A stretch of 64,000 nucleotides of DNA. Origin: Penicillus capitatus (lineage: Eukaryota; Plantae; Chlorophyta). Below the pieces are notes generated by a model that had not been told where the DNA came from, did not search any database, and was given only the letters and a program-made list of their open reading frames with translations. The DNA lies in the NCBI GenBank assembly GCA_965649825.1, contig OZ287701.1:795101-859100 (forward strand), written 5' to 3'. Position 1 is the first letter of the stretch. Each line of letters opens with the position of its first letter. Below are positions 48,490-61,852 of this stretch, piece after piece. A program made the translations under genes and the position numbers.

Positions 48490-49640
48490 CATTCTTTGCT
48501 GAATGTCAGGCACTGGTCGATAAAGTCGGATCGTGATCTCTTGGTACCCTCCTCCTAATCGCAAGACACTCAGACTAACGAAGGAAGAGGACTGCCGTTG
48601 CCAAACCATATCTCCAATTGCGTCTACGTCAAGACTCATGGACTGACAGACTTCCAACAGCTTCTCTGCCAGTGCAACATCTCGCGGTTTGCTTTGTTTA
48701 TTCGTGTTCGGGGCTCTCGAACATACAGTTTTGGGACCCGGGTTCTACAAACAGACACAGCGAAATAATGCTGAATCCTTGCCACCATAGATCCCGTCCC
48801 CTTACAGTTGTGCAAGGCTGAGGGGGAGTAGTTTTTGTCTGTCGTTGGCGGGATTTCGGAGTGTGGGACAGTTTGTTTGTGGTCTTCGTTGTGGTGTGGT
48901 TAACGGATCGAGATGTCCTTGCCGCAAATTTGCCCGATGTTGCTGACGTTACCCTCTTCCTATCCTGTGGCACAGCAGAGATCCTCTTCGTTCTCCCGCA
49001 GCCAATAACAGACGCCATGCCTTTATCGATTGCTTGGATGTATTTATTGTTGCAGTTTTTTGTCTTTCTCGTCGATCGGGTGCCGATTCAATTTGTTCCA
49101 GGTAACGACGAGGCCGCTGAAGGACAGCTGTCAATGGACAGCCGACAAACAATGGTATCATGACTTACTTCCCTCTGTACCGCTGGCTGTTCTTTTGCTC
49201 TTGCCGTTCTCTTGACTTCGCTTTTCGCATTGGCCTAGGCATTGGACATGTCACATCACAGATGATGAGGCGGCGCTTGGCGGCTGACCATTCGACGTCG
49301 AGTCATCGGAGGAGAGCTCGTTTTCCGCAGCCTATCCCTCGGCAATTTGTTGACATTCACTGGTACCTTCGGTATCTTAGTAGAGACTGAGACATGACGA
49401 TTTGTATCACCCACTACTGTGTCATCGGCTGAATGACCGAACAAGGAAGTGAGTGCGTGTAACCTGTCATATGCGTTGTCGATACAACCCGTTTCCTCAC
49501 AGTCCGCTGCTTGGGGTGGCTTATGGAAGACGCCACACAAACATGGCTGACATTGATGCGCTCGATGTCGCGTGTTTTCTTTGACGGGCTTCTTCTTCCA
49601 GTCAAAGAGCAACTCCTTCTATTCATCGTGAGCAAACGGC
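48490..49640 (-). CDS. Probable spliced hypothetical gene
   Basis: A clean 61-nt GTAAG..TTTGTAG intron near 48745-48805 leads into a stop-free frame LTRVPKLYVREPRTRINKPRDVALAEKLLEVCQSMSLDVDAIGDM... The upstream frames are open but unassigned. Confidence 0.25.
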
Positions 49641-49931
49641 GAACCCTAGACGTCACAGGATCAAAAATTAGCTGTATTTCAGACAGATAGACATTGAGAC
49701 ACACTGGCAGAGCAATTCGTGTTATCGTTACTCGTTTACAATACGGCTTCCGTCTTGGTGTGCTCGTCGGTAGGCGAGGAAGGACCGCGAGGCGCGAATG
49801 GAATGGCGTTAGTGGAGCTCTACAGCAAAAGCGATCACAAAAAAGACGGACCGATTCGACGAAGCCCGCGTAGCAATACGTACGCTCAGTCAGCTTTCTA
49901 ACCGTTTTCGCATAAAGATCTCACCGTACCA

Positions 49932-51031
49932 TCAAGGCAAAAATCTTAATCTAACTGGACGGTCGAACTCTGTTGCCTCGAATGAAGCACATGTGACGCC
50001 CTCGTTATCGAATTCGACGACCGCACGTTCAGAATTGATGTCGACTGAATACCGTCCGGCTGCGGGTTGCTGATTTAGAACGAACGAGAACGGGCAACGC
50101 CGAGGCGAAGGACGAACATCTGATGAGGGTTTCTGCAGAAGGACAGTGTAGGGTCGGCCCAAAAGAGCATGGACTGTTTGCATATCGCCTGCCGACAGGG
50201 CGTCACGTACCTAGAGAAAGATGTCAGCGGATTCTCGTTATTGCTGAATTCGCGCTGATGACCTTGGACGAAGAGACCTTCCCAACACCTCCGTTCTGAT
50301 CGACGTGCACCAAATCGACCAACTGTGCGCTCAGACCGAACTCTTCGGCGAGTTCTTTGAGCAGTGGTGCATCTCCGGATGCCTTGTACCCTTGTTCACC
50401 ATTGCATCGTTTTCGCATCTACGAGACTGCGATCAAGATTCTTACCAAAACGGTAGTTCGTGCCTGCGACCACGCCAGCTGCGCCGAGATCACGGGCGAG
50501 CATTTCGACGAATTCGCGTGGTGACTGGTGACGGATTTGGCCAAAAGGCAGATAGCGCATGTGTGGTGTCAGGCCATGACATGCTTCCTTCCATGTGCCC
50601 AAAACGAATGGTCGTTCGACATCGGCTACGAGTGGCAGTCGAGATCGATCCCATCTGTCACCACAGACGTATATGAACCCTCGCCTTCCGTTCATTAGCA
50701 CGCACCCCATAACTTCGGCCATTCCACTGAAGGAAACCAGCCAGGGATGTCCCATCTCTGCCGCCGCTATCGCCAAGGCGCGATGTCCCACGTGCATAGC
50801 GTCGAATTTGCCGAGAGCGACGATTGGCGGTGGCTCGCCTGAACTTTTTTTTTGATGAAAGACGTCTTTCGTGGACGTACCTTCGCGGCCAAGTCGCGTT
50901 CGCCACTTGTCCGATATTTCGACGCGTCCGAGCTCTGCCGTCGTCGTTTGGCGACCGATTCCTCTTGCTATACATCGGATTCTGAAAGGAGGTCCGGCGA
51001 TTGGAGCCATCTTCCATCTGCACCGCATCAT
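49932..51031 (-). CDS. FAD synthetase (FMN adenylyltransferase, plant RibF-like), with a transit peptide
   Basis: It contains VALGKFDAMHVGHRAL (HxGH nucleotidyltransferase motif), SPREFVEML, GVVAGTNYRFG|YKASGD, KVSSSK|VRDAL and LLGRPY. Confidence 0.85.
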
Positions 51032-52172
51032 TAAACGCGAAGATTTGGCTTTCTTACACGCAGTATCGTCGTCACAGTTGTTTATTTTCCATTTCTGAAC
51101 GAATGGGCGCCAGATAATGTCCTATCAGAAAAGCTAGAATCGCCACAAGGAGCAGATGAAAAAGCGAGAAGCCGTCAACGAGCTTCTGTGTCGTCCGTCG
51201 CTCCAATCGATCAATCTATCGCCACGATCACACGCGATACGATTCTCCGATCATCTCGGATTGGAAGGGTCACCTGCTGACGCAAATCTACATTCTGCAC
51301 TTTCAATGCTGCGATCTCATTCTCCTCTGCATGCATAAATTCATCACTCTATGTCACACATTCGTCCATGGATATCCCATGCAGGTGACGCACAAACCTC
51401 TTCGCCGTGCTCCGGGATGGGCGTCGGCGGAGAAGGAATATCCAAGACGACGCGTAGACGTGACTCCTTCACTCTCTGCCACGTCACATCATTCACAATG
51501 CTCACTCACATCAGGAGAGAAATGATCACGTTATTGTGGGTCTTGTCAAAGAGTGTTTGGGACATCTCATGGTCTGTCGCCTCGACAGGCGTCGTCAGGA
51601 GGAGAAACTTGTCTCGGACATTCCGTGCATCAACCGGATACTCTTTCTGCGACTACAGAACAGTTTCCATTCACTTCTTGCCATCACATCGATTTCGTCC
51701 ACCTGCATGATGACTTCGATCTGCTTTGTTGCCATCGATTCGATGTAGCCCTACAGAAACATTTTCCTCTTTTCCTGTCCTCCCATCAATGAATTCTTAC
51801 CGATGCAGGTCGAACACAGTATTTGCTGGGCGATGTTGTCTTTATCTACAGGGCGAGATGCATTGAGGTGACGTGTCACACCAGTCATTTATGACTTTAA
51901 ATGCATGGCGCTCTTTTGTCGGGTTGTGCAGCACGACATGAGATGGAATGCTCTTTCCGATTTGAACTACGAGGAAGAGACAGAGACAGATATTTCACGT
52001 TGTGGACAAAGCGGCGTTACTGACAGCGAAATCGAAGCTCTGACGGACTGACTTCTATTTCCGTGGTACTCGCCATTTGGATGAACAAATCGACGCAAAA
52101 CGATTGATGGAAAAGTCGATGAATCGCATTTCGTTTCAAACGGATCTCGATCGATCGATCAATCTTTCCGCG

Positions 52173-53067
52173 ATGTCTTCGAGCGCGTTCCTCGGCAACA
52201 CTCAAGGACTCGCCCCTCAGCACAGCCATGTCGCTACACGAACAGTAATGGCGAAAGCAACAAGAATGAGAATGCGTGAGAGCTGTGGTCGTAGCGTCTG
52301 ACGACGGTGATGCGGCGAACTGCTCGGTCTTCGGCACCCGAAAGCATGTGGTATGGACCCGACCGTCCCAAATGGCTTGGACCGTTCACGGGTCAAGTCC
52401 CGAGTTATCTGACCGGAGAGTTTCCCGGTGACTACGGCTGGGATACCGTCGGTCTCTCGGCTGACCCCGAGACGTTCAAGCGCTATCGTGAAATCGAAGT
52501 CCAGCACTGTCGATGGGCAATGTTGGGTACCTTGGGATGCCTCACGCCGGAGCTTCTGGCGAAGTACGGCGGTGTGACATTCGGCGAGAGCGTCTGGTTC
52601 AAAGCAGGATCGCAGATTTTCTCCGACGGCGGATTGGACTATCTCGGCAATCCGTCTCTCGTTCATGCCCAGTCTATTCTCGCTATCCTTGGCTTCCAAG
52701 TGCCACCGCGCAACATCATGTGTATACACACTCTGAGGATGGCGCTTTGCGAATGCAGGTGCTCTTGATGGGGTGCGTGGAGGGATATCGTGTGAATGGT
52801 GGTCCGTTGGGTGAGGGATTGGATCGCGACTATCCTGGCGGTGATTATTTTGATCCCCTGGGGTTGGCAGATGATCCAGATGCTTTTGCCGAATTGAAGG
52901 TCAAAGAAATTAAGAATGGAAGGCTGGCTATGTTTTCGATGTTTGGATACTTTGTTCAAGCGATCGTTACGGGGAAAGGTCCCGTGGAGAACTGGGCAGA
53001 TCACATTGCCGATCCGTACAACGTCAATGGATTCGTATTCGCAACAAAGTACACGCCAGGCTCGTAG
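52173..53067 (+). CDS. LHCBM: Major light-harvesting chlorophyll a/b-binding protein of PSII (LHCII), 3 exons
   Basis: A transit peptide MSSSAFLG.. is followed by [67 protein letters not shown] and [11 protein letters not shown]. Introns are at about 52245-52294 and 52700-52758. Confidence 0.97.
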
Positions 53068-53511
53068 ACAAGGCCCTTAAAGAATCGCCTATTTGTAACC
53101 GTTTTGTATCTTTTCGTATTCAACGAGCTGGTACACAACGCGATGACGGTACTCTCTGTGCGGATGAAAGAAAGAGATTTCCGTGAAAAGCAACCTGACA
53201 ACCAAGCACGGTTGTGTGAGACGGGATCTTATGCTACGTTGCGTGCTCAACGGGAGCTAGCGATGATCTACCAGACGTCACATCCTTTAACAACGATTGT
53301 CGCGCGGAAATATGCTTGGCGATCTATCCGTTGAAACTTTCGTCGTCCGACTTTGTTAGCACTTTTCCGTAGCTCTTGTTCCTAAAATGCCAAAAGAAAT
53401 TATGAAGAAGACGAGTTCAATTGCTGTCAGACCTCTTCTGTAGAAGGTTGTGTGCACATTGCGTTAAACATTCACAAAAAAGGAATCTGGTGAATCGATC
53501 GCCAATCATAG

Positions 53512-53559
53512 GAAATAGTCGTTGAAATAGTCGTTGAAATAGTCGTTGAAATAGTCGTT
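53512..53559. repeat. Perfect tandem repeat, 4 x GAAATAGTCGTT
   Basis: Four identical 12-mers with no spacers, read directly. Confidence 0.92.
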
Positions 53560-56500
53560 AAACTCGGAGTCAATTGAATCGATGATATTGAAAATAAACA
53601 AATTACGGATAATCGAGATTTGTTAGTGTCCGTGAACAGCTGTCTACCGTGCAGCTGCCACGGAGACGCGTTGATATGACGTTCGCGTACGTTTGAAGCG
53701 CATATAATCCGAATTAATAAACGTTAGAACAGTCTTTGTAACCAATAAGCATTCGTCGTAATCGCGTCGTTCGTCGACTGCGCGGCAGTTAGCCGATTGA
53801 ACAATCGAAAATGCGATCGATAGCAATCGAACAAATCAAAATCGTATCCAACGATCTCTATGTTCACCGGTTACCTGTAATCTTTCCTTCTGCTGCACAA
53901 ACGTCATATCATACGCATCAGTCAGAGTTAGTGACCCGTCGCCTCTGGTCTCCAGCGGCAGGAGGTGGCTAAGCGCGCCACATAGTTGTTGAGATTCTTT
54001 GGTATACTCATCGAGGATGACTTTTTTCAGGACAGGGCCGTCACGATGTGACGTGTCTTGTTATCCGAGGGTTCTGTCCTAGAAGGGGCGCTTACGCCAC
54101 GTGTCATGTCGCCTGTGACATATAAAGACATGAACGTGGATCCATGTGAACCTTTGCTCTGTAACACGTGAAGCCTTCCGCTGACACATCGTTAGTTCGA
54201 TCAACGTATGATCGTTAACGTATCCAAACCCAAACTGACCGAGTTTTTATTTACAGTAGGATTCGCCAAATTTTGAAAAATCTGAAAATATATCTGGGAG
54301 TCGAGTTCGCAGTACACGAGCTTTGTGGCTGACGCAACTGAGCGGAACTGATAAAGCAAACGTCGATCGATTTGGATTTCGACCGACTGCGATCGATCGA
54401 CTCGATCGCAATATAGATGGACAGAATCGATCGAGTCGTTCGAGCCGATGTGGATATTGACGAACACGATCGATGAAAAACTGGATTACCAAAACCGATG
54501 AACTTCAAATCCTACGAAAAATCAACTTCGTTTTCGCGTCGAAGGAGTATCTGTTTCGTCATCGAGTGTTGTAATACTCTTGTTGACTTAGCGATTCATC
54601 GAAGACTTGTTATCGATGAAATACGCAGTTGTTGTTGAAACGATCGATTGATCGACGATCGATGTGACTGTCTTGTTGGGAAAGGGTTCACGTGTTCCTG
54701 GGCCGCTGACTGTCCTGTCACATGGGCACATTAGCTTCCAAAGGGTCCTTTTCTATGGCTTTCGAGGGTGGTTGAATCATCTGTCTGGGAAATCTTGTCA
54801 CCACGACGAAATAAGAGACTTTGTTTTGGCTGTCTTTTTGTCTTTCCTTGTTGTTGTAATACCCATTTGCCTTGACTTCATTTGTCACTCTGGCTAACGA
54901 CGACGCCGAACGGGAGATTCGACGGCTTGTCCCGTATTCTCCTTTATACTCAACCTTCCAGGAGCGCCTCAATCAGTTTCGCCGAGGGGAACAAGCAGAG
55001 CCCCACTAACGGGGCGCGGAACAAGTCATCCATAAGGGGGCCTTTAGGATACGAAGCAGAGCTCAGAGGACCGAAGCGTTGACTTCGTGGTCTTCGCCCC
55101 GAGGATGCAGTGACTTCAGGACAATCAGAGGTGCTCGTTGAAGAAGAGGAACAGGATCGAGCAGCCCGGAACGACGGCAACAGAGACTTGAATAAATGCT
55201 AGATAAAGGAACTAATGATCGTTCGATCGTGTAAGAATTCCATCTGTTCTCCTTGCTGCATCGTTTGCCAACAACGGCATTTCAAAAAACGACGAAAAAT
55301 CCTCTCCAACAATCGGTGAATCCTATAAGACTGTTATCGATGTAGTGGAGGCGTCAAATAAGTTCATGAAGGACAGATTTGCTCGGCGTACCCCTCGATC
55401 TGTTCCGAAGAGTTGCGCACAAGAGATGCGACCGTTTTCGTGAGAAATCAACAATCGCAGATTGCTCATTAGAAGTGTATCCAAAACGATCTGTCTTTAA
55501 TTGATAGTTTTCCTTTCGAATTTGTCGATAGATATCTAGCTTCATTGACCGCGATGGTCAATAAATCCCTTGCACCGTTTGATATGGTCACGGCACCAAA
55601 TCTGTTTTCAAACACAACCTCCGTCTTCAGAAGGCATCCTCGATTTTATGACTCCGAGATATTCAAGAACAAACCATTCCAGATGAACAAAAACATGAAT
55701 TGTTAAACCTCGTGATCAAATGAAGATAGAGAGAAACTTTCATCTAATGTCCAATCGTTTAGAATTTTCTACCTATGCGACCTCGACCAAAACTGTCTTC
55801 TTGTGGCCAATAGCCTAAAAGGAATGTCCAAATTAAAGGAATTCGACAGGAAAAGTACCAAAGTCTGAAAGTATGTCTTCGCACATCAACTTGTCGGCAG
55901 GCCTCTCTTACTCTCTCGTCCACTTTCCTGAAGACAGGTGCCTTCACAAACTTGATTTTTAAAACACTCTCTCTAGCTGAGTGTATTCACAAAACCAGTC
56001 GGAGAAATCTATTAAACAGTGAGTGGATCCCGCCAAGTCGTGATGTTTTCGGTGCATGCTGGATTCTATCATCCGACACGTGCCATTGCATGGGAATCTA
56101 TTTTCATTCGTTTTTTACTTCTAGCCAAGATATACGCCTAACAGGTGGAATCGTTCGCATAACCCATAACGACAGTCGAGAGAGGATTGACCCATTTTAA
56201 GTGGCGAATCCACATCTTTAACGTCTCGACTAAGAGTCTCCGAGAGGAAACTGGTTGTGCTAATGGTATCTACATCTAATCCGCAAGGTTTCTTAAGTAC
56301 TGGCCATGGATGGTGAGACCGAAGAGGAATGATAGCCGCTTGCACCTTCGCTCTGCAGGTTTGGTTGATGGGACTGCCGTCGATATAGCCTGGATGCCCT
56401 TCGCGTGTTTTCGAGTGCGCTTTATATTTCTTCTGCGTCTCATAGGCGCGTCCTTCAACTGGAATCAGCAACGGCACTTCGCCGGTACCGTATTTGTTCC

Positions 56501-57706
56501 TTCAATAACTTTGGCTACGTGATGAGAATGCTTTAAAAACTTCCGCAAGACAAACGTCCTGTTAGCATCTTCTGGTATGTCTTAAATGAGCACTCTCGAG
56601 TACTCTGAGATCCCGGAGGTTCTACCCTCCTACAGGACATATTGAATCCGCGCGATATGTTCCATCGTACGACTTTACCAGATTCGGCAGTGACGTACAG
56701 AATTCGTTGACTACCGCGGCGAAGAGAAGGCCGCAAAACGGACTTATCCGTCTTCTCTCTGCCGACCCATCGAATACCAAAGCGTCAAGTGCGCGAGTAG
56801 ACAAATCCTGGAGAACGCAAAAGAACAATGATTGATGCTTTCTTTCGGATTCGGCATTCGTGTTTTGCTTTTTCTATGACCTATGTACTGGCCTTTATGA
56901 AACACTCGATTGCATTTCATGTCTATCAAGCATTTGCGTAACTTGACTGACAGTATAACTAAGATTTTCGCAGAAGGGACTGTCTGAGTTAGTCGAGAGA
57001 ATAACGGTCCACAAACCACAGGTATATGATCCAGATGCCATCGCAGAAGGAAGCACATCGCATGACTCTTTGTACAAGTGCGTAGTCGATTAGGCTTACT
57101 CGGCAGGTACATTGAACAATAACATATCATCCATCTCTTTGCTGTACATGCATGGAAAAAGCAGTCCTCTACTGGCAGCCGCTTCACAATCGAACGATGG
57201 ATGCCTTTGTCGTCGATCGCTTTCTTTGGCGGAGAGCTTTCCTTTTCACTGGATGGTACAAGTAATACAATTCGAACTGTTGCTTCTCTCGTCGATATTC
57301 ACATTAGCCATTCGAGTCGATGTCCACGGCAGCTTCACAAACAGACGTTCGATGTTGTTCATGACAGCCGTTTCTGTAACAGATGGCTCACACAGAATGA
57401 CGCTTGTTTTGACCAACGGTTTGATATAAATTCATAACGGAGAGGCATGACGATCCTCCTCCTCGCCAGACAGAACGTCCATACCAACTGAACTGTTCAT
57501 CGTACAACACAAGATCGACGATCGCTTTACGGAAGACGACACTTTCATCGATTTACGGATTCGTGCATCTACCGATGGCCGTACGAGAAGACAGCAATCC
57601 AAAGGTCCATTTCAGCGAAGCGAGTCGGGAACAGCCGTCGGCAACGCTGCTTAGAGACGATACCGTAGATGAAGGAAAATGAAGACGCGACGTGCTGAAA
57701 CGTGTC

Positions 57707-58552
57707 ATGCCTCGACCAACCATGATTCCACGTGCTCCACGCGATATTGAAGAAGGGATGCCAAACGAAGAGCGTCGGGTCAATCACTCAAGTCGACGCG
57801 CTTTCTCAAATCAGTGCGTTTGCGGTAAGACCACACCGACAGACTCCTTCCTCATCGAAGACGTTCACTTTACAGGACTGGCTTTGCTCCTCCTCTTTTT
57901 GCGATACCCTCTCATAACAGTGGTCTCGCTTTTCCTCCTTCAAACGTTTCAAGGTTACGAGTTGTGATGTTCGCAGTTGGTGCTTTTCTCGCTATTGCTC
58001 TGCATCACGAGCTGTCTGCGATTTTTCATTCAACACAGTCGATACCTGGTATCCCCTGTCCTTCCTCTGATCGTACCTACAGATGCCGTCACGCAGATCG
58101 GCGATGACGCCTTGACGGAGTTTTGGACGCAACTGAATCTTTTTCGGCTTCCTTCCGACGTCAATCTCGCCAATCTTCGTCTTGCCCTCATCGATCGAGA
58201 TTTCGATGCAAACGGTACCCCGTTCACCCCATGAGCACGTCACTTGATCTCATGTGATCCAGACTATGATATGTTGCTGGCACTGGACGAGCAATCTGGG
58301 CCAAGCTCAACGGAACGACAAGTGGCACATGACGAGATGACGTCTTTGCCTCTCGTGTCGTACGAAAAAAAGACAGGAAAGGAAGAGACGTGTTCCGTCT
58401 GCCTCGAAACATTTCAGAACGGCGACCGGCTGCGCCGACTCCCGTGCCGACACCAATTCCATGAATCCTGCATTGCTGCGTGGCTGAAACAGAAAGGAAC
58501 GGCAACGACATGTCCCATCTGCAAGAAAAGGATTCTGCCAATTACTGACTGA
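57707..58552 (+). CDS. SDIR1: Membrane-anchored RING-H2 E3 ligase, SDIR1-like
   Basis: The N-terminus has RDIEEG followed by two hydrophobic helices and LRLALIDRDFDAN|DYDMLLALD (the SDIR1 L.L.DR.F...DY..L.ALD pattern). The RING-H2 domain is CSVCLETF..LPCRHQFHESCIAAWL..CPIC. There are three introns. Confidence 0.78.
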
Positions 58553-58688
58553 ACAGACAATAGACACGACGACGGTTGCCGGTGGAACTGCTGAGATCAA
58601 GGCCGATTTTAACCTGTTCCCAGGAAACGTTATTATAAACTCCTCCTCCTATTCATTGTTTGTAACTGTTTTATCATGGAAACGTCCA

Positions 58689-60692
58689 TCAGAGATCGAG
58701 TGCCAGAAATTCGTGCAGTTCTCGATCGTCGTCTGGCGTCTTCTCTCGCTGCATCGTGCGTTTCTTCGTTCGCACGATGCTGCGGAACATAACGGGTTTG
58801 CCTGTCTTCTTGAACACCGGCGCCGCTGCGCGTTCGAGTGCGCGTTTGACACGTGCTTCGTGTTCAATCTTCTGCTGCTCTTGCTTTTCAGTACGATACT
58901 GTCGACGACGCTCTTTCTCTCGAGCGCGTTCCGAAGCGTGGACGACTTCTTTTGGAAGACGCTTGGTGGCAGAGAGCAGCTCTTCGAGTTTCGATTCGAT
59001 GTGAGCGAGCATTGTCAGCAATCCCACATGACCATCGTCTGCAAAGCCGCAGCGACGATACACAATACCTAACTGCGGAAACGTCGGCGTTCGAGAAGTG
59101 CCCATGGAAACATGCCTGTTCGCTCAGATCTTCTAGGACAACGACAGATGTCGTATCTCCAAAAGCAAATGTCGGAACAGCGAGCGAACGAACGTCGCCA
59201 GACGCATTCCCGTCACCCTTCCTGATCTTGAGCGCCCCCTCGATACTGACGATCTGTTTCGTCAGTACGCAAATCTCCTCTTCCACTTTCGCCTGCGTTT
59301 CCGTCAGCTTGTTTCGGTTTCGGTCCAGACCTGAAGCCAGCAGAGAGGTCGACGTATGCTCCATAGTGTCTGTCCTGTTACGAAATCGATTCCTTACTTT
59401 CTTCTGTCTCCTGCAGATTTTGAACCAGAAAGAGGTTTTGTTCTTCGAGCGCCACAAACAAGTCCAGAAGTTGCTGAGGCGTCTTGAAATACGTCTCCTC
59501 TTCGTCCACCAAATTCTCCGTCCCATCGACCGATGGTCTGGGCGGTTCCTTCAGCAATTTCGACGCCTTTGATACCCACATCGAACGAAAGCATCTGCGC
59601 GACAGGGAGACGACTTTCAATTTCTCAACGGCGTCGATGAGCAGCATCTCAGCGGATTTGGCCTCTTGTTGCGTCCGGGCGTTATTGCAGTCGAGCTCTG
59701 CTTGATTCTTAGATGCCACAGCATCGGCCTTGCGTTTCTTCACTGCCTCGCACTGCCGCCGCCATTGCTCCACTTTCTCCTGGACACATTCGCGATGTTC
59801 TCAGGCAATAAGCTGTTCCGATAGGCCTCACGCGTTTCGCCTTTTCGCATTTCTCTTGTTGCTGCAGGAACCACTCCTGCGGTGTCACATCATCCAAGAA
59901 TTTCTTATACTGTCGGAAATCCTCCAACTGTTCTTCATACTTGTTGACTTCGCTCCGAATGGTCGCCATCTCAGACTGCAGCCTCTTGATCTCTGCGATC
60001 TTCAGAAAAGAGTGACTGCCGCGTTGCAGGCACAGCAAGGCATTGCCTTTTCTTGTTTTCTTCTTGTCTCGGCCTCTGCATTTTTCAACGCGTGCTGGAC
60101 CTTTTCGTCGTTCTCCTTAAGAAAGGCATCGAATTTTATGGCGTCTTCTTCAAGCATTTCTTCGCTTCTCTTGAGCGCGTCCTCTTTCTGTAGCGCCTTC
60201 TGTTCGAGTTTACATATTTCGGCGCGTTTTGTATCGAGATTCATTTGGACTAAGAAGATCTCGCGTTTCTTGGCCAAAAATTCCGCGACAGTTTCGCCAC
60301 GGCCATAGCGAATGGGCGCTGCGACAGTCAGTGCGTTATCCCCGACCGTCCGACTATCCATACGCGCGATCGATCACAATCGTGCGGCCCACCCTCGACC
60401 TTACGTCATCGATTCCGTGGCGTCTCGATTCTCGAGAGGCGTCCGCAATGCGTCGGTATTTGAATTGGAGAAGTTCGATTGCATTCGCGAAGAAAACGTT
60501 GTCTTCTCGTGAATCTTCTTAGACTTTGCCGCATCCGATGACTCTCTACCGGAGAATCTCGATCGCGATTTCGTATCGACGATCTTCTTAAAGAGTTCTT
60601 CATCTGTTGGCACAACGAAAGGAGCGACACCTAGAAACTCACTACGTCAGCACTTGGCATCTCTGCCTACCAGTAGACGATACCGTCGCCAT
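58689..60692 (-). CDS. CFAP100: CFAP100/CCDC37-38 (MIA1-like) axonemal coiled-coil protein
   Basis: It contains MATVSST|GVAPFVVPTDEELF, KIHEKTTFSSR, the DUF4200 core EFLAKKREIFLVQMNLDTKRAEI..LEEDAIKFDAFLKEND, YKKFLD..TPQEW, YFKTPQQLLDLF..LEEQNLFL, VYRRCG..LTMLAHIE and KKTGKPVMFRS. Confidence 0.88.
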
Positions 60693-60852
60693 CACGAGAG
60701 ACAACATCTTCCCGCCATGTCATTTTCGCCGATCGACTACAAAGATCGGCTGTCGTGTAGCAGCGGCGGTCTTTCGGATGTAATGCCGACCTCGGCGGAA
60801 TTGAGAAATGCTCCTCATCTGTGCATTGGAGCCATTCGTATCTGTCTTCGAG

Positions 60853-61734
60853 ATGCGACAACGTGTCATCGTCTTTCTGTTGTGTTGGTGTGCAACATCG
60901 TCGTGGCTATGGTGCAGGGCAGAAGGCGATAAGGATGTCTTTTGTGTGCAACAGGCGCCATTCCTAATCTCCTCTTAGTTGCGATGAACCTCTGTAAGCA
61001 CAGGGCTTCTTGCTGTTGGATGAGCCTATTCAACCGACCCGTTCAAAAGTAGATTGGCCGTTCTGTCAAGAGGTATGGCCGCATTCATTGTCTGCCTCGC
61101 TGTCTGCGCATTGTCCGTCCTGATGTGACAGTATCAATCGTGCAGCTGCTGCAATGCGAGTCATGCAATGACGATTAGGCGATCCATAGCCCCGGGAGAC
61201 GCGATACTAACACCTTGTCAAGAAGCGCTTGCTATGGCTGCCTGTCGTGTCTGTCATCCTGAGGTTGGATTTCATCAACGATCGCTCCGATGATCGTCAA
61301 GTGGCCTATGCCATAGGTCGGGATAGGTATCTTGGAAACGGTCTGTGCCGATCAGTGTGAGGCATGGTATGCCTCTTGCGTTCAAGACTACTTTGCCTTC
61401 GATGCCATTTCGGCACGTATCACGTTATGCCAATACGACTCTCAGCTGATCTGCACACAACTCGGCCACCTTTCTGTGAATGGCACGTCCTTCTGTCAAC
61501 AGCTGGGTACGGTTAGAAGAGCATAGAGATGTCACTCATGCACATCGAATGATAGGGATCAAAGTTAATCAAACCACAGATGAGGATTGTTGGTTTCATC
61601 GCCGACCAATCGAGAACGTCTGGTGCGATAAACCAACAACACTTCCAGTCGTTACACTGTCCGACTTTAAATACTTATTTCTCCTGCTGTTTTGCTTTCT
61701 GATCGTCTGGATCTTGCCTCATTGTCGGCCTTGA
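60853..61734 (+). CDS. Folate-receptor-like secreted/membrane-anchored Cys-rich protein
   Basis: A signal peptide MRQRVIVFLLCWCATSSWLWCRA is followed by five in-phase exons: FCVQQ|GFLL..WPFCQE|YQSCSCC..ACRVCHPE|VG..VCADQCEAWYASCVQDYF..NGTSFCQQLG|. A C-terminal TM helix follows. The Cys pattern matches the plant folate-receptor-like family. It lies head-to-head with CFAP100, 160 bp apart. Confidence 0.75.
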
Positions 61735-61852
61735 TGATACCAAAGAAGACGATTTCGGCTTTACGAATGTCTCTTGTATAGCGTCACAGAATCAATTACT
61801 GTGCGATTTTCGTTGCTCACGGATTCCATGGTCAATGCACTCGCGTTGACCA

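Noticed and set aside
53512-53559. CRISPR-like array
   Set aside because: The repeats are contiguous 12-mers with no spacers or cas genes, in a eukaryotic context.
55759-55947. TBC/Rab-GAP-like motif WTFLLGY in a short ORF
   Set aside because: The motif falls inside a 44-nt GT..AG intron-like segment, and no other TBC motifs are present.
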